Below are positions 35,726 through 40,577 of a DNA stretch of 40,577 nucleotides, piece by piece. Position 1 is the stretch's first letter. Each line of letters starts with the position of its first letter. The translations under genes were made by a program, and so were the position numbers. The notes under the pieces are model-generated. The model ran no database searches and had not been told where the DNA came from. It was given only the letters and a program-made list of their open reading frames with translations. The stretch spans positions 1-40,577 of the forward strand of contig JBAXYG010000001.1 of assembly GCA_041670905.1 (NCBI GenBank). Direction: 5' to 3'. Origin of the DNA: Bacteroidales bacterium. Lineage in GTDB: Bacteria; Bacteroidota; Bacteroidia; Bacteroidales; UBA932.

Positions 35726-37048
35726 TTAGAGTATGATAGGAATCCCTTTATAATAATCAATTATCTTTAACTGGAATATGTATTGAAATTTTGCCTGATA
35801 ATATTCCGATTCAGCTTTTATCATATTTGTTTTTGAAATAATGTAGTCGGTACCGTTGATTGCACCGCTTTCAAATTTCTGTTCGGCCATACGGAATGAT
35901 TCTTTCATTGCACGTACATTCTGTTCGGAAGCGAGATATTTCTCATAACAATTACGTGCTTCAGATACAGCAGATTGAATTTCTTTATATATATCCTGAT
36001 GTTTTGTTTTTAAATCTATTTCAGAATTTTTCACAGAAAGTCTGGCATTCTTAACTTTAGTATTTGCCTGAAATCCGTTAAAAATAGGTATGCTTACTCC
36101 TATGCCAACGGAAGGATTACGGTTGTCATTGAATTGTTGCTTGAAAGCTCCCTCTGCGGCATCACTATAATATGTTCCATATCCTGCTGATATGGAAATG
36201 GAAGGATATAGAGCACCTTTTGCCATTGATAATTGGATTTTGCTGTTATCAAGTGCATATTGTGTACTTCTGACCTGTGGTAATTTAAGGGCAACATCAT
36301 AAATGTTTTCTAATGATTCTCCCTGGAATTTTGAAACAATCATTTCCAAGTCCGGAGTTACGATATCGAATTTTTCTGCCGGAGGTAAATCGAGCATTTG
36401 AACCAATGTCAATGTGTTTGTTTCAACCTGGCCGTTAGCATTGACAACTTGTACTCTTTCGGAAGCTACTTGCGCATCAATTTCCAGAAGGGAACTGTAT
36501 GGCTGGCTACCTGCTTCAACTAATTTTGCCGTTCTCTCTCTTTGCTTTTCAATGCTGTTAAAACTAACTAAAGTGTTTTGTTGAATTTGTTTTGAAAGGA
36601 GTAACTGTAAATATGCTTTTGCAATATTAAGGGAAATGTCGTTTCTAAGTTTTTCAATATTCAGGTTGGCAATATTAAGTTGTACTTTATTGCTTTTAAT
36701 TGTATTATGTTTTGAAAAGCCGTTGAATACGGGTAAAGATGCACTTAGGGATGCACTTGTGGCTTGTGTTAACTTATTTTCAATTATGATTAGTTCCTGC
36801 ATATCAACGGAACGTCCCCAATTGAAATTATGCCCGATGGAACCGCTTACACTTGGGAAATAACTTAGTTGGGACTGTTTAAGGGTGTTTTTACTCTGCT
36901 CTACTGCTATTTCCTGCTGTTTTATCTGCAGATTGTTTTCCCATGCGTATTTTATGCATTCTTCAAGGGTCCACAATTTTTGTCCGTAAACTGTAAACGA
37001 CAGAAAAATCATCGAAGCAAGTAATATGTATCGTAAATATTTATTCAT
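35726..37048 (-). CDS. TolC-family outer-membrane efflux protein
   Basis: Signal peptide, then LTLEECIKYAWENNLQIK-type TolC N-terminus. It shows two-fold internal repeat organisation. Length is 440 aa. Confidence 0.9.
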   Translation of the reverse strand: MNKYLRYILLASMIFLSFTVYGQKLWTLEECIKYAWENNLQIKQQEIAVEQSKNTLKQSQLSYFPSVSGSIGHNFNWGRSVDMQELIIIENKLTQATSASLSASLPVFNGFSKHNTIKSNKVQLNIANLNIEKLRNDISLNIAKAYLQLLLSKQIQQNTLVSFNSIEKQRERTAKLVEAGSQPYSSLLEIDAQVASERVQVVNANGQVETNTLTLVQMLDLPPAEKFDIVTPDLEMIVSKFQGESLENIYDVALKLPQVRSTQYALDNSKIQLSMAKGALYPSISISAGYGTYYSDAAEGAFKQQFNDNRNPSVGIGVSIPIFNGFQANTKVKNARLSVKNSEIDLKTKHQDIYKEIQSAVSEARNCYEKYLASEQNVRAMKESFRMAEQKFESGAINGTDYIISKTNMIKAESEYYQAKFQYIFQLKIIDYYKGIPIIL

Positions 37049-37077
37049 GTTTGGAATATTTGAATGTTACTATATTA

Positions 37078-37085
37078 CAAAGGTA
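37078..37085 (-). promoter_or_regulatory. -7 promoter box (TACCTTTG) for the TolC-adaptor-tsaB unit
   Basis: Exact TAnnTTTG match on the minus strand, 29 nt upstream of the TolC ATG and immediately downstream of the hairpin terminator. Confidence 0.4.
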
Positions 37086-37096
37086 TATTATTATTT

Positions 37097-37130
37097 TAAA
37101 AGAGGGTGCCTATTTTTATAGGACACCCTC
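37097..37130 (-). terminator. rho-independent terminator after the peptide genes
   Basis: GAGGGTGCCTAT-tttt-ATAGGaCACCCTC forms a 12 bp stem with one bulge. On the minus strand it is followed by TTTTAAAATAAT. It starts 5 nt after the stop of the 37136-37333 ORF. Confidence 0.55.
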
Positions 37131-37135
37131 AATTA

Positions 37136-37333
37136 TTATGCCCTTTTACCTATTTGAATCACATATTTACCAAATCTGATTGAAAATAGATAAATGTATC
37201 TGCATGCTGTGCCCAATACATACCCTACAAGATATAAAGCTTCTTGCGCTCCTTTGTCAACACCACCAACAACACTTAAGGATTCCATTTCATTTATTAA
37301 AATTAATCCTGTGTATTTATAATCATTTTCCAT
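37136..37333 (-). CDS. double-glycine-leader peptide precursor B (24-aa leader + 41-aa cationic hydrophobic core)
   Basis: The sequence is MENDYKYTGLILINEMESLSVVGG | VDKGAQEALYLVGYVLGTACRYIYLFSIRFGKYVIQIGKRA. The leader has E at -8 and hydrophobic residues at -4 and -12 relative to GG. It is on the same strand as a C39 ABC exporter and just downstream of it, and it is followed by a terminator. Confidence 0.65.
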   Translation of the reverse strand: MENDYKYTGLILINEMESLSVVGGVDKGAQEALYLVGYVLGTACRYIYLFSIRFGKYVIQIGKRA

Positions 37334-37350
37334 ATCAACAATTTTTTAAA

Positions 37351-37548
37351 TCAATTAATAACGGGTGTTCCCCACCCTTTTTTTATTCCCCTTAGTAAAT
37401 GGGGAATATAATCACCGAAAAAATCCAATACAGTCTTAATTTTTTCGATGCAATTTAGTACATCAACAAGAGACGTTCCTCCTCTTGTTTGAAGTTCGGA
37501 AGAATTTAATCCATCCAGCCCCGATTCTCTCATTCTTTTTTCTTCCAT
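37351..37548 (-). CDS. double-glycine-leader peptide precursor A (24-aa leader + 41-aa amphipathic core)
   Basis: The sequence is MEEKRMRESGLDGLNSSELQTRGG | TSLVDVLNCIEKIKTVLDFFGDYIPHLLRGIKKGWGTPVIN. The LNSSEL...GG pattern resembles the LSxxELxxIxGG leader consensus but is one residue shorter. It lies 17 nt after the PCAT stop and 17 nt before precursor B. Confidence 0.6.
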   Translation of the reverse strand: MEEKRMRESGLDGLNSSELQTRGGTSLVDVLNCIEKIKTVLDFFGDYIPHLLRGIKKGWGTPVIN

Positions 37549-37565
37549 AATGATAATAATTAAAG

Positions 37566-39677
37566 TTATACTACAGTTTGAGGTGTGTAGATATCCACCT
37601 TTGAGTGCGCACTCATATCAATTATTTTATCTGCAATCATAATATTGTCCGATTTATGTGTAATCATGATTATACTATTTCCTTTGTCGCGTAAAGCGAT
37701 TATTGTATCAAGTATATATTTTTGAGATTCATTATCCAGTGAAGATGTGGCTTCATCAAGAATAAGGACAAAGGGTTCTTTATATAATGCTCTTGATAAT
37801 GCTATTCTTTGTTTCTGTCCACCTGAAAGGCAGCAACCATGTTCTCCTATTTTTGTAAGAAGCCCCATCGGCATAGAAGATATAAAATCAGACAGTCCAA
37901 GCTTTTCTATAATAGATATTACCTTCTCCAAATCCGGATCGCCATTTCCACAAGTGATGTTTTCCAATAAGGTGCCGTTTATGAGATCCGGATCCTGTGG
38001 AACTATTGAAACATAGTTGCGCCAACTTTTCAGATTAATAAGATTAATATCAACCCCTCTTATCGATATATTCCCTTTCTGAACTCTGTATCCTCTCATG
38101 ATCAGTGCTGCAATTGAACTTTTGCCACATCCGCTTTCACCGGTTATGGCTGTTATTTTCCCACTGTCAATTACCATTGAATAGTTATTTAGCAAAGTGT
38201 TGCATCCGGGATAGGAAAAAGTCACATTATCAAATACAATATCATAACATTTATTTAAAGGGAATTCCAGAGATGAGTCTATTTCAGGCTCCAGATCAAT
38301 TATGTCAAATAATCTTTCAGCGGAGATATTTGCTTCAGTAATTTCATTGTTGATGTTTACCAATTGGCTTAGTGGGGAAGAAAAGAATGCTGTAAGTGAG
38401 TAGAACGAAACCAACTCCCCAACACTTAATTCTCCTTTAAAAATAAAAATTGATCCTGTTATCAGCAATGTTACAGTAAGTACTTTTGAGATGGCATCAG
38501 AATATGTGGCAAATATGCCCAAATATCTTCCTTCGTCATATATCTTTCTTGCAAGCGAAATATACTGGCTCTCTATCCGTCTTGCAAATATGTTCTCAAT
38601 GCCAAAATATTTAATCGCGCGTACTGCAGTAATTCCCTCCACGGTTTTTTCTTCAAAAGAAGCCGCTTTTTCAATAATGTCTCTATTTACCCTTTTGTTA
38701 ATCTTATTTGAAAAATAGTACAGTATTAAATAAGAAGGAATAAATATCAGCGTTAATAGTGCCAGTTTCCAATAGAATGTAAACATTAGGGCAAAAGAGA
38801 CAATGAGCGTGACTACACTGACAATAATACCAATAAGGCCTTCTGTCAGAAATGAGCGTATCTTCATAGCATCACCTATTCTGGAGTTCAGTTCTCCGGC
38901 ACCTCTTAGTGAAAAAAAACTCAGAGGAAGTTTGAACAGATGATTAAGATATTTCAATATTAGAAGATTGTCTATACTTATTCCTGCACGCAGAGTAAAC
39001 AGTATTCTGCAATATCCAATAAATAGTGTGGCAATCATAAGCATGACCATTATTATACCCACTTGGCTTAATGCTGCAAAATCGTGATTGGGTAATACTT
39101 TGTCAATCAGATATTGAAGAAAAAGTGATGTGCTTATCCCTGCGATAATGTATATTAATGATCCGGAGAAGGAGAGAAGAAAATATTTTTTGGTAAGACG
39201 TACAAGAGAGAAGAATCTTCGTGCCACACTCTCAGTTTTGTTTCCACTCTCAAAATTAATATCAGGAGTCATTATGATAAGATAACCACTCCATCGTTTT
39301 TGCAATTGTTCAATAGTCATTTTGTGATATCCACCATCTGCAGGGTCCATTATTGATGCTACACCTTTTTCTATCTTATTTAAGACCACAAAATGAAGAT
39401 CTCCTTCTTCCGTTAAAAAATGAAGAATGCACGGTTTTCCTATATTATAAAGCGGATCAATTTTTGATTCAGTGGATTTGAATGCCTTTGCGGAAAATCC
39501 TATCCGGTTACATCCATCAATTACCCCTTTAATAGTAGTTCCTGATTTACTTGCCCCACAAGCTTCCCTGATGGTAATAAGAGGTAATCTTAGACCATAC
39601 CACTGTGCAATAGAACATATACATGCAACTGCGCAATCCGATTTGTCATGCTGACGAATTTTATGTACTGGCTTCAT
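37566..39677 (-). CDS. peptidase C39 domain-containing ABC transporter (PCAT, bacteriocin/GG-peptide processing exporter)
   Basis: The N-terminal ~135 aa have the papain-like context Q9, C15 (RQHDKSDCAVAC), H95 (GDLHFVVL) and D111 (IMDPADG). This is followed by a 6-TM-type exporter domain. The NBD has GESGCGKSS, LSGGQKQRIALSRAL, LILDEATSSLD and an IMITHK H-loop. Confidence 0.93.
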   Translation of the reverse strand: MKPVHKIRQHDKSDCAVACICSIAQWYGLRLPLITIREACGASKSGTTIKGVIDGCNRIGFSAKAFKSTESKIDPLYNIGKPCILHFLTEEGDLHFVVLNKIEKGVASIMDPADGGYHKMTIEQLQKRWSGYLIIMTPDINFESGNKTESVARRFFSLVRLTKKYFLLSFSGSLIYIIAGISTSLFLQYLIDKVLPNHDFAALSQVGIIMVMLMIATLFIGYCRILFTLRAGISIDNLLILKYLNHLFKLPLSFFSLRGAGELNSRIGDAMKIRSFLTEGLIGIIVSVVTLIVSFALMFTFYWKLALLTLIFIPSYLILYYFSNKINKRVNRDIIEKAASFEEKTVEGITAVRAIKYFGIENIFARRIESQYISLARKIYDEGRYLGIFATYSDAISKVLTVTLLITGSIFIFKGELSVGELVSFYSLTAFFSSPLSQLVNINNEITEANISAERLFDIIDLEPEIDSSLEFPLNKCYDIVFDNVTFSYPGCNTLLNNYSMVIDSGKITAITGESGCGKSSIAALIMRGYRVQKGNISIRGVDINLINLKSWRNYVSIVPQDPDLINGTLLENITCGNGDPDLEKVISIIEKLGLSDFISSMPMGLLTKIGEHGCCLSGGQKQRIALSRALYKEPFVLILDEATSSLDNESQKYILDTIIALRDKGNSIIMITHKSDNIMIADKIIDMSAHSKVDIYTPQTVV

Positions 39678-39688
39678 ATACTTGATAT

Positions 39689-39928
39689 TTAACTGTTATT
39701 TAAAAGGGAGCATTTTCTCACCCACATGGTTGTCTCTCCAATTTGACCTTCTACCTTACACTCCTGCCCCCCGATAAAATATAGTGCTGAAAAGAGACAC
39801 AATGCAAGAGTCAATAGTAATACGGTAATATATAATACGATTGTTGATGTGTTATTTGAAGGAAATAATCCTTCCACTGTGTTCTCTAATTCAGCGGTTG
39901 AAAATATGTTTATGTTCTCCTTTGCCAT
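39689..39928 (-). CDS. 79-aa single-pass membrane protein, first gene of the PCAT operon (immunity/accessory protein, MFP N-terminal stub, or leader-bearing pseudo-substrate)
   Basis: The sequence is MAKENINIFSTAELENTVEG-LFPSNNTSTIVLYITVLLLTLALCLFSALYFIGG-QECKVEGQIGETTMWVRKCSLLNNS. It ends 11 nt before the PCAT ATG. I do not recognise a family. Confidence 0.5.
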   Translation of the reverse strand: MAKENINIFSTAELENTVEGLFPSNNTSTIVLYITVLLLTLALCLFSALYFIGGQECKVEGQIGETTMWVRKCSLLNNS

Positions 39929-39949
39929 GATAAAATAATTTCTGTTTTC

Positions 39950-39995
39950 TTATGAGCAAAGTAGAATAATTACGAGCAAAAGAATATGCTCATAA
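39950..39995. promoter_or_regulatory. three copies of a TTAYGAGCA motif (two direct copies 20 bp apart plus one inverted copy), candidate operator of the PCAT operon
   Basis: On the plus strand: TTATGAGCA (39950-39958), TTACGAGCA (39970-39978) and TGCTCATAA (39987-39995). The last two form a 9-N8-9 palindrome matching 8 of 9. The set lies 22-67 nt upstream of the first operon ATG. Confidence 0.35.
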
Positions 39996-40040
39996 AAACA
40001 AAATATCATTCAATTGTCAGAGATGACAAACAATATTTTT

Positions 40041-40526
40041 TTAGAAAAGATTCTTTAAATATGGAAAGAAATTGTTTGCTAAATTCAATAATGGTGTATA
40101 AAAATTAGATTCAGCAATTTTGTCAGCTGGAAGAAATTCAACCAGTTGATTTATAGAATTAAGTAGAAATACGACTACAGCTAAAATGATTGATATAATA
40201 ACAATAGACAGGATTATACCAAGAAGTTTATTTAACCACCCAAGCAGAGTTATTTTTATTATCTTTTCAATCAAATTACCAAGCAGGTTGAGTAATAATG
40301 CTACTCCGAAAAATATAACTATGAAAGAGACGATTTTTACCCAAAATTGAGTGAGTTCGACATACTTTAATATCCAGCTAGAAACAATATCCGCACATCT
40401 GATTGATAGCCAAATACCCAAAATAAGCGTAGCAAGAGAGATAAGCTGTTTTATAAGGCCGTTTTTTATTCCAAAATAAATGGCAGGAAGGAAGCAAAGT
40501 ACGATGATGATGTCAATAATTCCCAT
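40041..40526 (-). CDS. cvpA: CvpA family membrane protein (colicin V production protein homologue)
   Basis: The start MGIIDIIIVLCFLPAIYFGIKNGLIKQLISL... and four TM helices fit the typical CvpA N-terminus and size. I chose the start at M10 of the track ORF; the track start is 40553. Confidence 0.85.
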   Translation of the reverse strand: MGIIDIIIVLCFLPAIYFGIKNGLIKQLISLATLILGIWLSIRCADIVSSWILKYVELTQFWVKIVSFIVIFFGVALLLNLLGNLIEKIIKITLLGWLNKLLGIILSIVIISIILAVVVFLLNSINQLVEFLPADKIAESNFYTPLLNLANNFFPYLKNLF

Positions 40527-40577
40527 AAAACATTGCTTTATTGTGTTATTCAAAATTAGTGAATTATAGTATCTTTG

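Noticed and set aside
37180-37395. 71-aa Cys/His-rich plus-strand ORF opposite the two GG-peptide genes (considered as a possible immunity gene)
   Set aside because: It overlaps both peptide genes antisense, has no TM segment or promoter box, and its composition is just the complement of the peptide codons. There is nothing to support it.
1-40577. Search by eye for tRNA/rRNA genes, CRISPR repeats, IS elements, integrases or phage genes flanking the PCAT locus
   Set aside because: No intergenic gap exceeds about 140 bp. I found no repeated spacer-repeat pattern and no transposase- or integrase-like ORFs. The PCAT locus therefore shows no obvious mobility signature within this window.

Overview
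This is an AT-rich chromosomal segment that is almost entirely coding and looks like a Bacteroidota (Bacteroidales-type) genome. Supporting signs are a BACON-domain lipoprotein, an FtsI with a PASTA-like tail, an FtsL-like ORF, a DUF4369/TlpA-like lipoprotein, GT3/GH57/eukaryote-type GH13 glycogen genes, and TAnnTTTG '-7' boxes in most intergenic gaps.

Layout:
- 1-6987 (minus): promoter-proximal half of the dcw cluster, mraZ-rsmH-ftsL-like-ftsI-murE-mraY-murD (partial).
- 7.1-19.6 kb: housekeeping genes (M23 peptidase, BACON/LRR surface lipoprotein, mscL, O-methyltransferase, M16 peptidase, dnaX, lptB, nadE, prs, engB, xseAB).
- 19.6-30.4 kb: a co-directional glycogen block with branching enzyme, GDE-type debranching enzyme, GT4, GH57, and a 1412-aa uninterrupted fusion of a GT3 glycogen synthase to a GT35 alpha-glucan phosphorylase.
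- 30.3-34.5 kb: ribF, a small anchored protein, greA, a HIT protein, a TlpA-like lipoprotein that has lost its CXXC, and tsaB.
- 34.4-40.0 kb (minus): the only accessory-looking part. In transcription order it runs cvpA | operator-like repeats | 79-aa TM ORF with a leader-like N-terminus | C39-peptidase ABC exporter (PCAT) | two tandem 65-aa double-glycine-leader peptides (each 24-aa leader + 41-aa core) | hairpin terminator | separate promoter | TolC-family OMP | MacA/HlyD-type adaptor with no cognate pump | tsaB.

I read the right end as a self-contained tripartite (Gram-negative style) export system for an unmodified, two-peptide bacteriocin-like product. I do not recognise the peptides, so it may be uncharacterised. 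No rRNA, tRNA, CRISPR array, transposase or integrase was seen, and all intergenic gaps are <=140 bp.
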